The translations under genes were made by a program, and so were the position numbers. The notes under the pieces are model-generated. The model searched no databases. It was not told the origin of the DNA and saw only the letters and a list, made by a program, of their open reading frames with translations. 64,000 nucleotides of DNA from contig JAVZJD010000001.1 in assembly GCA_038870975.1 (NCBI GenBank), forward strand, positions 1-64,000, written 5' to 3'. The DNA is from Candidatus Bathyarchaeia archaeon (GTDB lineage: Archaea; Thermoproteota; CALKCG01; B24). Position 1 is the stretch's first letter. Each line of letters starts with the position of its first letter. Positions 29,903 to 40,580 of the stretch are shown one piece after another.

Positions 29903-30668
29903 AATCTACCGATATTGGCAACGACTCAGATGGGGCTTTGGATTCAATACGTTCTCTAGGTGCTATAGTATAGTCATCTCGAAGCGGGATCTTTTTAAGC
30001 TCTGCATAGCCGTATGTCAATAGGAAGCTCAACATGTATGCTCTTTTAACGGTTTCTTCAAAGCTTTCACTCGATATGAAGCTCCAGTAGGATACAGACC
30101 TTTGGGTTTTACACGCTTCTTTAAGCTCGTTTAAAATCTTCTCAAGATTGCTGTAGAAGGTTTCATCTACTATTATGCCTTGCCTTTTAAGCTCTTCAAA
30201 ATCTACGTATTCTCTAGGCTTATAGCCTCCAGTAAACTTGCTCCACCTAGATTCTAAAGGTTTTAAATGGTTCCAGTATTCTATAGCTTCTATAAGCTTT
30301 TCCCTAGATATTTCCTCCAAACATGCTATAGGCCTCCAAGTCCTCATGAATACATCGACAATGGCTTTAGTAGACATCTTCCTGAGCTTATACTCAATAA
30401 ACGCTGGATCTGCATAGAATACTGAAGCTTCTTCAGAAAGCCAATCTTTCTGGGCTTTCACTACTTTAGTAAGCATGTTGACCGCTTCTACATCTAAGCA
30501 GAGTTCTTCGTAAGATTTCAATTCATCCAGTTGGTTGTCGAGTGTTTCAAGCTCCTCTCTAACTTCTACATTGAATGGGTTTAAACCCCTCTCTTCAACC
30601 ATGCGGCAAGTATGGATTATCCTTCTAACCCTCTCGATGGATCTTCCTCTACGCTTCGGCAACTTCAA
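29838..30668 (-). CDS. Kleisin (ScpA-like) subunit
   Basis: LNPFNVEV..L near N-terminus; C-terminal wHTH VKRAYMLSFLLTYG; overlaps smc 3' end. Confidence 0.65.
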   Translation of the reverse strand: MKLPKRRGRSIERVRRIIHTCRMVEERGLNPFNVEVREELETLDNQLDELKSYEELCLDVEAVNMLTKVVKAQKDWLSEEASVFYADPAFIEYKLRKMSTKAIVDVFMRTWRPIACLEEISREKLIEAIEYWNHLKPLESRWSKFTGGYKPREYVDFEELKRQGIIVDETFYSNLEKILNELKEACKTQRSVSYWSFISSESFEETVKRAYMLSFLLTYGYAELKKIPLRDDYTIAPRERIESKAPSESLPISVDYERWRELSGGGSFGGSHARKS

Positions 30669-32553
30669 CCACCTCCGAACTACCCTGAAGGTTTTGAACG
30701 ACTATTACGTGTATGTCTTCACCAACTATGGGTATTTGATTTGGAGTTATTATCAAGTATTGGGCATCCTTAGTCTCCTTTAAGACTTCAACAAGCTTCA
30801 GAAGAAAGGCCTCTCTATTTCTTACATCCATATGGACTTCAAATTCGTCGACAGCTCTAAAAGGCGACTTTATATACCTCTGTAGAGCCAGTAGGAAGGT
30901 CGCCACAGCTACACTTCTCTCCCCTCCACTTTGACTGTAGGGATTTAATGGAGTCGGTTCCATACCTCTAAATCCTATGAAAAGCTCTAATCCAGCAGTA
31001 TCTATGTTATCTGGGTTTGTAAGCTTAACGTATCCTACGGCTCCTAAAGCAGATAATATGGTTGAATAGCTTCTATTAACTTCTTCCAGAAGCTCTTGAA
31101 TCTTCCTTCTCCATAACGTCATACGGTTTCTAAGCGACTCTTCAGCCGCCTTCCTATTTTCACGGACCTTTACAGTTTTCTCCTCTAGGTTCTTCAAAGT
31201 GTTTAACTGTTGCTCATACATCTGTCTAGTGTCTTCAGGTATATCACCTATCGTTTCAATTTTAGCTTCCACTACTCTAATCTCGCTTTGAATATCCTGC
31301 GGGTTTCTATCGGTTTTAACTTTTTCACCTGATTTAGAGGCTTCTAGTAAAGCTTCTTTAAACTCGTTTTCAGCCTCTGTAAGCTTGCTTTCAAGTTCTC
31401 TCAACTCTAGAAGCATTCTATTTAACTGGTCTTCTGCAAGAGCCTTCTCGACTGAAAACTGTAGAATCCTACCGTAGGATTCATCTAGATTATTCTCAAG
31501 CTCCTCAAGCCTATATCTAGCAGAGGAGATGCCCCCCCTCAACGCTGGAAGATCCTGTGAAAACCTATCGGCTTCAGAGTTTAAGGCTTCTAAGATTCTA
31601 GCATCAACCTTCGATCCGTCAAGCAGGTTTAAAAGTCTAGATATTAGGCTTAGAGAAGCTTCAGCAGTTATACGTTTCTCTTCAAGATGGAGGAGCTTTT
31701 CCAGGCTTTGCCTGTAGGATTCTTTAAACTCTTTAAGCTTCTTATTCTCGTAGCCTATCGAGGTATGAAGTTTGGAAACTTTATCCTCAAGTCTCTTAAC
31801 CCTTAAAGCTAGACTCTCTATCTTAGACTTGAGGTTTTCTAGGTTTTTCTCGGCTTTATACGCTTGAGCCCATAGAAGTTCGTTTTTCAGGGATTCCAGA
31901 ATCTTCTGAAGTTTAAGCTTCTCGAGATAGCGTCTATACTCCTCATCCCAATACTCCAAGTTTCTCTTAGCCTCTTCAACAAGTCTGTCTAGTGTTTTCT
32001 CTTCTTCAATAAGTTTTGCAAGTCTATCTCTAGCTTCAAGCACGTTCTTACGGTAGCTACTTAAACCTACGGCTTCTTCAAGCATAGACAGCTTCTCGTG
32101 AGACGGAACATATGCGAAGGATGCCACCATGCCTTGATGCATTATGAGAAGCATATTGTCCGGGTTTATTCCGAAGTTTCCGAGGATATCAACAACATCG
32201 GCTTTTGAAACAGGCTTATTATTCGCGTAGAAGCGGTATTCTCCGTCAACTCTTAAAACTCTTGAAAGTCTGAAAACGTCAGATTTCCAGCTAGGTATAG
32301 GCCGAACCCCTTCCTTGGGAGAATTATCCAAGACAACTGTAACCCTAGCTGTATCTTTCCCTCTGCGGATTAAATCGCTAAGTCTTCTACCGCGCTCTGT
32401 ATACGCCTGTCCAAGCGCGATAGAGATTGCGAGTAGAATGCTAGATTTACCTGCTCCATTTGGACCGCAGACTATGTTAAGCCCGGGTTTAAGTCTAACT
32501 CTACCATACTCATAACTCATGAAATTTTCAAGTATAACCTCTCTGATTAGCAA
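30649..32553 (-). CDS. Short SMC-family ATPase (SMC5/6-like, coalescin/ClsN-type)
   Basis: LENFMSY, GPNGAGKSS, coiled coil, QSGGERS, PFRAVDEFEVHMD; only 634 aa. Confidence 0.85.
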   Translation of the reverse strand: MLIREVILENFMSYEYGRVRLKPGLNIVCGPNGAGKSSILLAISIALGQAYTERGRRLSDLIRRGKDTARVTVVLDNSPKEGVRPIPSWKSDVFRLSRVLRVDGEYRFYANNKPVSKADVVDILGNFGINPDNMLLIMHQGMVASFAYVPSHEKLSMLEEAVGLSSYRKNVLEARDRLAKLIEEEKTLDRLVEEAKRNLEYWDEEYRRYLEKLKLQKILESLKNELLWAQAYKAEKNLENLKSKIESLALRVKRLEDKVSKLHTSIGYENKKLKEFKESYRQSLEKLLHLEEKRITAEASLSLISRLLNLLDGSKVDARILEALNSEADRFSQDLPALRGGISSARYRLEELENNLDESYGRILQFSVEKALAEDQLNRMLLELRELESKLTEAENEFKEALLEASKSGEKVKTDRNPQDIQSEIRVVEAKIETIGDIPEDTRQMYEQQLNTLKNLEEKTVKVRENRKAAEESLRNRMTLWRRKIQELLEEVNRSYSTILSALGAVGYVKLTNPDNIDTAGLELFIGFRGMEPTPLNPYSQSGGERSVAVATFLLALQRYIKSPFRAVDEFEVHMDVRNREAFLLKLVEVLKETKDAQYLIITPNQIPIVGEDIHVIVVQNLQGSSEVVEVAEA

Positions 32554-32938
32554 GTATGTTCCTCCGAACAGAGTCTTGGACTGTCAAGTATACAGTCAAG
32601 GTAAGATTGTCAACACCTATAAGCATATCTCTAATAAACATTTACTATTCAATAGAGTGAAAATGGGATATTTTCTCTATTTTTGAAGAATTTTAAATGA
32701 ACAGTTTTTAATTCTCCACGCCGCTACCATAGATATCTCAAAGGTTATCTTAAGAGTAAGACGTAATAAGTATAGATTTAGGTGGGAGTAGCCCATCAAG
32801 TAGAGGAGGTAAAGGGGCATGGTATTTTACCTCAACGCAAGTAACCTAAGTTTAGTTCATATGTTCTAGGCGTTAGAACAGACATTCTAACATTTAGCAT
32901 TAAAGGGATGAAGGTGTATCAATTAATTTGATGATTTC

Positions 32939-34873
32939 ATGGTAAGCTGGAGAATATTTAAACCTCAAACCAAGAAAAAATTGGCTTTAACTCTTCCAAT
33001 TGCTCTTCTACTGAGTGTGTGTCTATCGTCAACATACCTAAACGTGAAAAGTAATACTTCGTCAAGTAATCCATGCCAAGGTGTACAAGCTCACACGGCT
33101 TTGAGAAGATTCTCATCCTATGAAGAATTTATAAACTTCATAAATAGGAGCTTAAGCTTTCCATGGTTTCTGGGAAATGGGGAAAGAATCGTTATACTTC
33201 CAGCTACTGGGATCGAAGCTAAATCTACGGCTATAGGCGTAGACTATTCGAGGACGAATATTCAAGTTGAGGGTGTTGATGAAGATGATGTTGTGAAGAC
33301 TGATGGAGAGTACATATACTTAGCTCTTGGAAGAAGGGTTTTAATAATTAAGGCGTATCCACCTGAAGAAGTGAGTTTTTCGGCGGAGATAAATGTAGAT
33401 GGTGTAATTTCAGGGATCTTCGTGAGCAATAAGAGGCTAATCGTAATTTCTAGTGGTGTTCATAGCTATGTGAAAAACGCGAAGAGCGATTCTATGGAGA
33501 GGAGGGAAATGTTGTTTGTGGAGCCAAGTGTATTGGTGCTTATTTACGATGTGGAAAACGCTGAAACCCCTATACTAGTTAGAAATGTCACAATGAGCGG
33601 TGTATACTTCAGCTCTAGGGTGATCGAAGATTACATCTATGTTCTAACGTTTTTCCCAATATATTTAAGGGATAGGGAGCCTATTCTTCCAGAGGTAGTT
33701 GACGGTAGACGTATAATAAGGGTTGAGCCGACATCGATCTACTACTCAAATAGGTCGGATTTCTATAACACTTTCACCATTATCGCTGCCATAAACATCC
33801 AAGACGTAAGTGAACCCATTACATATGAGACTTTTCTATTTGGATACGCTAGTTGCATATACGTCTCTTTAAACAACATATATGTTGCTATACCAAGCTA
33901 TTCCGAAAGCGGTGGAATTACTGAGATTCATAAAATTCGCATTGAAGGTGGCAAGGTAAGATATGAGGTAAGTAGCTCAGTTCCAGGTATGGTTCTAAAT
34001 CAGTTTTCAATGGATGAATTTGGCGGTTATTTTAGGATAGCCACCACGGTGAATACATGGGTGTTTAAAGGTTTGAAATCTACGATTGCTTTACGTAAAG
34101 ATGAGAATCCAATAATTAGCAATGTCTACGTATTAAACATGAGCTTGGCCGTTATTGGTGGAATTGAAGGGTTGGCACCCGGTGAACAGATGTATTCGGC
34201 TAGATTCATCGGTGATAGATGTTACTTGGTGACCTTCAAAAAAGTTGACCCACTATTCGTCATAAGTCTTGAGAACCCGACTAATCCAAGAGTGCTTGGT
34301 AAGCTTAAAATACCCGGTTACTCGGATTACCTCCACCCCTACGATGAGAACCATTTGATAGGTATAGGTAAGTGGACTATTGAAGCTGGAGAGGGGGATT
34401 TCGCATGGTTTCAAGGTGTGAAAATATCGCTTTTTGATGTAAGCGATGTTGAGCATCCAAAGGAAATAGACAGCATTATAATAGGTGATAGAGGGACAGA
34501 CTCACCAGTTTTACACAATCATAAGGCTCTACTGTTCGATAGAGACCTTAATCTTCTTGCGATGCCAATCCTATTGGCTGAAATAGATGAATCTAAGTAT
34601 CCAAACGGTATTCCTTTGAACACCTATGGAGATTACGTTTGGCAGGGTTTATACGTCTTCAACGTAACTGAGAACAGTATAAGCCTAAGGGGTAGAATCA
34701 CACATATAGAGAATCCAGAGGATTTCTTTAAGAGTGGATACTGGTTCTACTCCGAGTATGCAGTTGAGCGGGCGCTCTATATTGGTGGCACTCTCTACAC
34801 GGTCTCGAATAGGATGATAAAGATGAACGATTTAAGAAGCCTGGAGGAGATAGGTAGCATAAAATTTCCTTAA
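32939..34873 (+). CDS. Secreted beta-propeller domain protein
   Basis: Signal/TM; YSRTNIQVEGVDEDD.VKTDG, LNQFSMDE, VDPLFVI, KIPGYSDYLHP. Confidence 0.88.
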   Translation: MVSWRIFKPQTKKKLALTLPIALLLSVCLSSTYLNVKSNTSSSNPCQGVQAHTALRRFSSYEEFINFINRSLSFPWFLGNGERIVILPATGIEAKSTAIGVDYSRTNIQVEGVDEDDVVKTDGEYIYLALGRRVLIIKAYPPEEVSFSAEINVDGVISGIFVSNKRLIVISSGVHSYVKNAKSDSMERREMLFVEPSVLVLIYDVENAETPILVRNVTMSGVYFSSRVIEDYIYVLTFFPIYLRDREPILPEVVDGRRIIRVEPTSIYYSNRSDFYNTFTIIAAINIQDVSEPITYETFLFGYASCIYVSLNNIYVAIPSYSESGGITEIHKIRIEGGKVRYEVSSSVPGMVLNQFSMDEFGGYFRIATTVNTWVFKGLKSTIALRKDENPIISNVYVLNMSLAVIGGIEGLAPGEQMYSARFIGDRCYLVTFKKVDPLFVISLENPTNPRVLGKLKIPGYSDYLHPYDENHLIGIGKWTIEAGEGDFAWFQGVKISLFDVSDVEHPKEIDSIIIGDRGTDSPVLHNHKALLFDRDLNLLAMPILLAEIDESKYPNGIPLNTYGDYVWQGLYVFNVTENSISLRGRITHIENPEDFFKSGYWFYSEYAVERALYIGGTLYTVSNRMIKMNDLRSLEEIGSIKFP

Positions 34874-34895
34874 ACAGCGAATGAAGTAGTCTTTC

Positions 34896-34929
34896 AGTAC
34901 TACTATTTTTAAAAAAAGTAATATTTATA
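34896..34929 (+). promoter_or_regulatory. Imperfect palindrome overlapping TATA box of cbiM (candidate metal-regulator operator)
   Basis: AGTACTACTATTTTT|AAAAAAAGTAATATT has 12/15 complementary pairs; TTTATA at 34924-34929. Confidence 0.4.
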
Positions 34930-34961
34930 TTTGCGGCTTGCAAATAATTGTAGGGTTTTCT

Positions 34962-35603
34962 ATGCACATACCCGATGGCTTCCTAGACCCCGCAGTGATT
35001 ATACTCACTTATGCTATGCTTGCAGTATATGGATTTTTTGCATTTAAGAGGATTAAAAACTCGTTGAATACTGAGAATACTCCATTGGTATCGGTTTTAT
35101 CCGCCAGTATATTCGCAGCTCAAATGTTAAATTGGCCTCTACCCGGTGGAACTAGTCTTCATTTTGTTGGAGGTGCCTTAGCTGGGATAATGCTTGGCCC
35201 ATGGCTTGGCTTTCTAACAATTTTCATAGTGCTTGTCGTTCAATGTTTGGTTTTTCACGATGGCGGGATAACTGCTCTCGGAGCAAACTCTCTAAATATG
35301 GCTATAATAGACGTCTTAGTTGGTTATGCAATCTATCAGTTTACGGTTAAAACCTTTAAAGCTAAAGATTTCCCTCGCATAGTGGCTGCTTTCCTCGGAG
35401 GCTGGCTGGGAATAACGCTTGCTGGCATAGCATGTGGACTTGAAATAGGGTATTCTCAAACCTTCCCCTATGGTGTGTCTATAACTGTACCGATTATGGC
35501 TGGATGGCATGCAGCACTTGGTGTAATCGAAGGCATTATAACAGCTTTAACAGTAGCCTATTTGAGGAAGAGAGCTCCCCATATAATGTTCATGGAGAGG
35601 TGA
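34962..35603 (+). CDS. cbiM: Co/Ni ECF transporter S component
   Basis: Invariant MHIPDGFL N-terminus (start 34962); GGTSLH; HDGGITALGAN. Confidence 0.93.
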   Translation: MHIPDGFLDPAVIILTYAMLAVYGFFAFKRIKNSLNTENTPLVSVLSASIFAAQMLNWPLPGGTSLHFVGGALAGIMLGPWLGFLTIFIVLVVQCLVFHDGGITALGANSLNMAIIDVLVGYAIYQFTVKTFKAKDFPRIVAAFLGGWLGITLAGIACGLEIGYSQTFPYGVSITVPIMAGWHAALGVIEGIITALTVAYLRKRAPHIMFMER

Positions 35604-35609
35604 ATTTTA

Positions 35610-35912
35610 ATGGATTCTTCAAGATGGGTCTTTCATAAGAAGGCTTTGACGTTGATTTTAGCGCTAATAGCGATCAGCCCAATATTTGGAGTGTTATTGG
35701 CAGATATAGTCGGTTACCATGAGCCGCTCGACGTCGCTGCTGAGGCTTTAAATCTCCCAGACTTAACTGAGTTGATAAATTGGACCCCATTCCTAGATTA
35801 CACCATCCCCGGGTTGCCCGCTGAAGTTGGTTATATTATAGCTGGATTTATCGGCGTCTTAATAATATTCGGCTTAGGTGTTTTATTAAGTAGAATGGTA
35901 AGGAGAACTTGA
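35610..35912 (+). CDS. CbiN/NikN-like (PDGLE-type) auxiliary subunit
   Basis: Two TMs; EPLD..AE...PFLDYTIPG; lies between cbiM and cbiQ. Confidence 0.75.
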   Translation: MDSSRWVFHKKALTLILALIAISPIFGVLLADIVGYHEPLDVAAEALNLPDLTELINWTPFLDYTIPGLPAEVGYIIAGFIGVLIIFGLGVLLSRMVRRT

Positions 35913-36748
35913 AATCTAAAAGTTTAACATTCAGATTTTTAGAGGAACTCGCAGAAGCGTTCAGATCGTTAGACAATGTTCAAAGCGATTTACCGTTTAA
36001 TCCAGCAACTGCTACGCTTTCAGCTTTAATTTTAACTGGGACAGCCGCTCTCAGCTACAACTTAAAAATTCTAATAGTTATACTGGCTGTAAGCACAGTG
36101 TTACTATTCATTTTAAACCGTCAATCTCTAGGCTCGTGGATTAAAACTATACTATTCGTCTTAATCTGGGCCTCTATAGTTTCAGCTCCTCTACCGTTTA
36201 TAACTACTGGGGAGGTTTTAGCGGAACTTACCATCGGGTCGGTGGCTTTAAAAATTAGCTTTGAAGGAGCACGTTTAATGGTATTCTTCACGGCTAGAGT
36301 TGTTACTTCAGTAGCAGTATTTACTAGTTTCATCATAGTCATGGGTTGGAGGGGGATAATCGCTGGGTTTGAGGAGCTACATATACCTAGGGAATTTTCT
36401 TTTATGCTCAACCTGTCGATCATAAGTATACCCGTATTTTTAAGGGAAGCTTTGAACATGCTCTTAGCAAGGGAAGCACGTATGATGAGAAGGAGTAGGA
36501 TAAGGAGTGCTTGGAGTGCACTGGCAACTGTTATTGGAGAACTCATGCTGAGAGGATATGAACGGGCGTGGAGACTCGATAAATCGATAAAAGCTAGAAG
36601 TTTTAATGGAGCAGGAAAGTTTAAAACAGTTTACCCTCATTTAAGGGCTAGGGACGTGGCGCTATTTTCACTTGCCTCAACAGTTCTCCTGTTGACGATT
36701 CTAGAGGGGTGTAACGATGTTGTTAAAATTGGAGGGTATCTACTTTAA
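35909..36748 (+). CDS. cbiQ: ECF transporter T component
   Basis: TMs; AREAR and IKARSF motifs. Confidence 0.85.
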   Translation: MKSKSLTFRFLEELAEAFRSLDNVQSDLPFNPATATLSALILTGTAALSYNLKILIVILAVSTVLLFILNRQSLGSWIKTILFVLIWASIVSAPLPFITTGEVLAELTIGSVALKISFEGARLMVFFTARVVTSVAVFTSFIIVMGWRGIIAGFEELHIPREFSFMLNLSIISIPVFLREALNMLLAREARMMRRSRIRSAWSALATVIGELMLRGYERAWRLDKSIKARSFNGAGKFKTVYPHLRARDVALFSLASTVLLLTILEGCNDVVKIGGYLL

Positions 36749-37445
36749 ATATCCTGGAGAAGTTGAGGTTTTAAAGGGAGCATCTCTCTCAGTAGACAGA
36801 GGTGAAGCTGTAGCACTCATAGGACCTGTTGGAAGCGGTAAAACCACACTTCTGATGATTGCGGCTGGTCTTCTTGAACCTGAAAGGGGAACAGTTCTTC
36901 TAGACGATAAACCTCTGAAAGACCAGTTGCCAGAGGCCCGTGAGAGGATAGGATTAGTCTTCCAGAACCCTGACGACCAGGTTTTTAATTCAACGGTTTA
37001 CGATGAATTAGCATTTGCCTTACGCCAGATACACGGCTCTACTAGTGAAGTTGATAGGATTGTTAGAAAAGTTGCTGAGAGGTTTAACATGACACATTTG
37101 TTGAATAGACCACCGTATAGGTTGAGTATGGGTGAGAAGCGTATAGTTACATTGGCTTCGATAATAGCCTACAACCCAGATGTTCTACTACTCGATGAGC
37201 CAACTGCTAATGTAAGCTTAAAAATCATAGAAAGTATTAAAAGCGTAGTAGAAGAGTTTAAGCGGTCTAATAAAGCCGTAGTTATAGCCTCACATGACGC
37301 AGAATTTATCGCTGAAACATCCGACCGCATATATGTAATGAATAATGGTGTTACAGTAGGCGGCTTAAATTCCAAAACGATCCTATCCAATGATGAGTTG
37401 CTCACGATGGCCGATCTGAAGGTCAATCCATCTAAAAGGGTTTAA
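36717..37445 (+). CDS. cbiO: ECF transporter ATPase
   Basis: GPVGSGKTT, FQNPDDQ, LSMGEKR, LLLDEPT. Confidence 0.9.
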   Translation: MLLKLEGIYFKYPGEVEVLKGASLSVDRGEAVALIGPVGSGKTTLLMIAAGLLEPERGTVLLDDKPLKDQLPEARERIGLVFQNPDDQVFNSTVYDELAFALRQIHGSTSEVDRIVRKVAERFNMTHLLNRPPYRLSMGEKRIVTLASIIAYNPDVLLLDEPTANVSLKIIESIKSVVEEFKRSNKAVVIASHDAEFIAETSDRIYVMNNGVTVGGLNSKTILSNDELLTMADLKVNPSKRV

Positions 37446-39197
37446 TGATGCGCTTATCTAGAAGCGTTAAGTTAGAGGCTGCATCGGTAACACTTCTATC
37501 GTTTATCCTAAGCTTTTACTTGCCTTATTTAAATACGCTTGAGGCAGAATATCCCCCGCTTTCCATTGAATTCCTCCAGCCCACGTTGATTGTTCCTTCC
37601 GTTGGAGGCTTGCCTGTGGCATATCAAAATGGAGTGCCATTCCCCTCGTTTGAAATTCAAGAGTCCAGGATATACTTAGACCTTGGAGGTGTTTGGAAGG
37701 CGTATTATGAGGGGGAAGGTAGTTACTTGTGGAGCTTGTTTCAGAGGACTCCTGAAGTTTTAAGTAAACTTGAAGCCTACGGATTCCATACACTAGAGTT
37801 TAACGATTCTTCCTGGGAGGATGAAAATATACCTTCTAGCAATAACGTTCGAGGGGGTAAGCATGAAGGTTATCAGGGTGTAATTTGGTATCGGAAGCGG
37901 TTCTCCATCCCTGATGGGTTTAAAGGTATGTACGTTGGATTGGTATTTCAAGGTTGCAATTATGTGGCTGACGTGCGGGTTAATGAGGCCTATCTAGGAT
38001 ATCATGAAGGCGGCTTTACACCGTTTGTTTTTGATGTGACTGATAAGCTTAACTATGGCGGTGTAAACCTTATCACGGTTAGAGTCCACAACGTAGCATG
38101 GGATACTACAAACATTAGAGTCCCGTATAGAAGATGTGATTGGTGGAATTATGGAGGCATATACAGAGAGGTTTACCTTGAATTTCTGCCAATAGTGCAT
38201 ATAGCTAGGGTAGATGTGACACCGTTTAAGGTGGAGCCGACTTATGGTTCACCCCCTAACCTATATATACGCAGATAGACTGGGGCTTATGGTTTGGGAG
38301 GAGATACCAGTTTACTGGTTTGACGATGAGGCTTATAGGGTTCAGCTTGAGAGGGGGATAGCCAAACAGATGTTTCTAGAGATGGTTTTAAGAGATTACA
38401 ATAGACCTTCAATTATATTCTGGGGTTTAGGTAATGAAGGGAGTGGATACGATAATAGAGTGAAGTTTCTCAGAGACCTATCTGAAGCGTTAAAACTCAT
38501 AGATGATCATAGACTTAAGTCTCAAGCCCACGTGTGGAATCCATGGGATACGTCTTGGATTGATGGAGGTTTAGATATCCCAGGCTTCAACCTTTACTTC
38601 GGAGTTTTCTACGGTTCATTGAATGACTTAGAGTACGCATTAGATATGTTCCATCAGCTAAACCGTGAAACGGCAATCTTAGTGACGGAGTTCGGTTTAT
38701 GGTCTGGTGGAGGTGTAGGAGAAGAAAGGCAAGCTCGATATTTCGAGGAGGCTTGGGTTAAAATAAGCTCTAAACCATACGTTGCTGGGGTCTGCTGGTG
38801 GACGGCTTTCGACTACGATAGCATGATAAATTTTAACACTTTCGGAGCCGTCGACTGGAGTAGAAGTAACACTAAGCTTTTGTATAAGGCTATCGGTGAG
38901 AGGTATAGAAGATGTAGAACTGTCATTGAATCCAATGAATTCTTAAGGGACTTAAGCGTAAGTTTAGCGTTAGCTTTTACTACAACCCTCATTCTAAGCG
39001 TAGTTTTCCATTTAAAGTTTAGAGTGGAATTACGAGAAAATGGCAGTATTTACTTTTTAATAGCTGGAGTTTATCTTCTCTTAAGCATTGTAAGTCTATC
39101 TTTAGCATTTCTCTCCTTCCTAGCCTCAGCTTGGATTCGTCAACTTGTGATAATAGCTGCAGTTTTTCTGGCAATAGGGGTATCATCCTTATTTTAA
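37445..39197 (+). pseudogene. Membrane-anchored GH2 glycoside hydrolase, split with internal deletion/frameshift near 38244
   Basis: ORF1 is the GH2 sugar-binding domain (HEGGFTPF, NYGGIYREV); ORF2 starts mid-TIM barrel (HPLTYIYADRLG, WGLGNE, TEFG); intervening Ig domain and RTxHYP missing. Confidence 0.7.
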
Positions 39198-39265
39198 GCC
39201 TCCTAATAATACTTGGAAGAGTCAAACGTAGGAAACATAGCGACCCTACTCCGCTTTTTAAAGCT

Positions 39266-40333
39266 TCATGGAATTACTTCAACTGTATTATTAAAAGCTG
39301 GGTATAGAAGCTTATCCTTATCCACCAGCCCATTGACTACGAGCTTTTCAATAAATGGTTTAACCTCTATAATTCTCCCGACAAGACACTCAGTGGCTTC
39401 GCATATGCCTTTAAACCCATCAATCCCCCATAGCCTCTCAATATGTGTATATAGACATCTACCTCCGCATGCCTGAAAGATGTGGCAACTTGTACAAGGC
39501 TCACCTATGGTTACTTTATTTGGTAAATTCTCAGGCTTTGAATTGTAGATATCCCCAAGTTTAGCCCATGCGACATCTACAGCTATAGGACAGGCTAATA
39601 TGGTGCCGTCGGTTAATATGGAGAAGCTTTCTACGCCTGCACCGCATGGGGGGTTTGAACCGTTTAAAATAAGCCTCTTCAATATTCCTTGGAAAGGTGC
39701 CAGTCCAGGTATTCTACCTTCAGAGAGTTTTTCAATCCAGAGCTTCACTAGAGCGTTTAAACCTGGTTTATAATTCTCCTCTAGCCACCTTCTGAAGTTT
39801 TTCCATCTGGGGCTCCAAACCACGTTGAGTTGCCAGTGTATATGGTCGAATATATCTAAACCTATTAGATGGGTTACCTCCCTGTATATGTCGCTCTGTT
39901 CTGTAACAGTCATTCTCGCAACGATGTCTCCTTTAAATCCAATATCTCTAAGCCATCTAGCAGTTTTTAAAACCCTCCTATAAACACCTCGTCCCCTATA
40001 TGCATCCGTGACACTTTCAACACCGTCTATTGAAAGCAATATGGTGTTAAATTCTCTCCAATAGACTGGATCGAGGCTTTCAGCCAATAAACCGTTGGTT
40101 TGAATAATATAAATTGCATCCAGACGATCCATAAGCTTAACTATGAATTGCCAATTCAATAGCGGCTCTCCACCGTAAAATGCTACTACTGGGCTGGAGT
40201 CTTGAGATAGGAAATCTACAAGTCGTTCAACCCTGTATTTAACCTCCCATGGGACGAGATGTTTCGGAAAGCTCCCTCCACAGTAGGAGCATTTAAGATT
40301 ACAACGACCAGTTGTGAAGACTATGTAAAGCAT
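39266..40333 (-). CDS. Radical SAM/SPASM protein (TIGR04084-like)
   Basis: CNLKCSYC, YGGEPLL, SPASM CGAG...CP...CTSC..CGGRC. Confidence 0.88.
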   Translation of the reverse strand: MLYIVFTTGRCNLKCSYCGGSFPKHLVPWEVKYRVERLVDFLSQDSSPVVAFYGGEPLLNWQFIVKLMDRLDAIYIIQTNGLLAESLDPVYWREFNTILLSIDGVESVTDAYRGRGVYRRVLKTARWLRDIGFKGDIVARMTVTEQSDIYREVTHLIGLDIFDHIHWQLNVVWSPRWKNFRRWLEENYKPGLNALVKLWIEKLSEGRIPGLAPFQGILKRLILNGSNPPCGAGVESFSILTDGTILACPIAVDVAWAKLGDIYNSKPENLPNKVTIGEPCTSCHIFQACGGRCLYTHIERLWGIDGFKGICEATECLVGRIIEVKPFIEKLVVNGLVDKDKLLYPAFNNTVEVIP

Positions 40334-40580
40334 CCTAGGGTTTAAATTAAAAAAGACTGAAGTTTAAGGTTTCACTGGCGTTTATAAATGGTCATGTCTG
40401 ATGGATGGTTCCATCTTTGAAACCCATTGGCTACAATGGTGGAGCATAACTTTAAACCATATGAGTAGCCGATATCTACGGGTCGTTTAAGATGGAGTAG
40501 AACAAACCTTCTGAAGAGTTTCGCCTAAATTTTCCCTTGAGGGATACTACTGGGACTGTGAAAGAAGTTTGGAAATCGAA

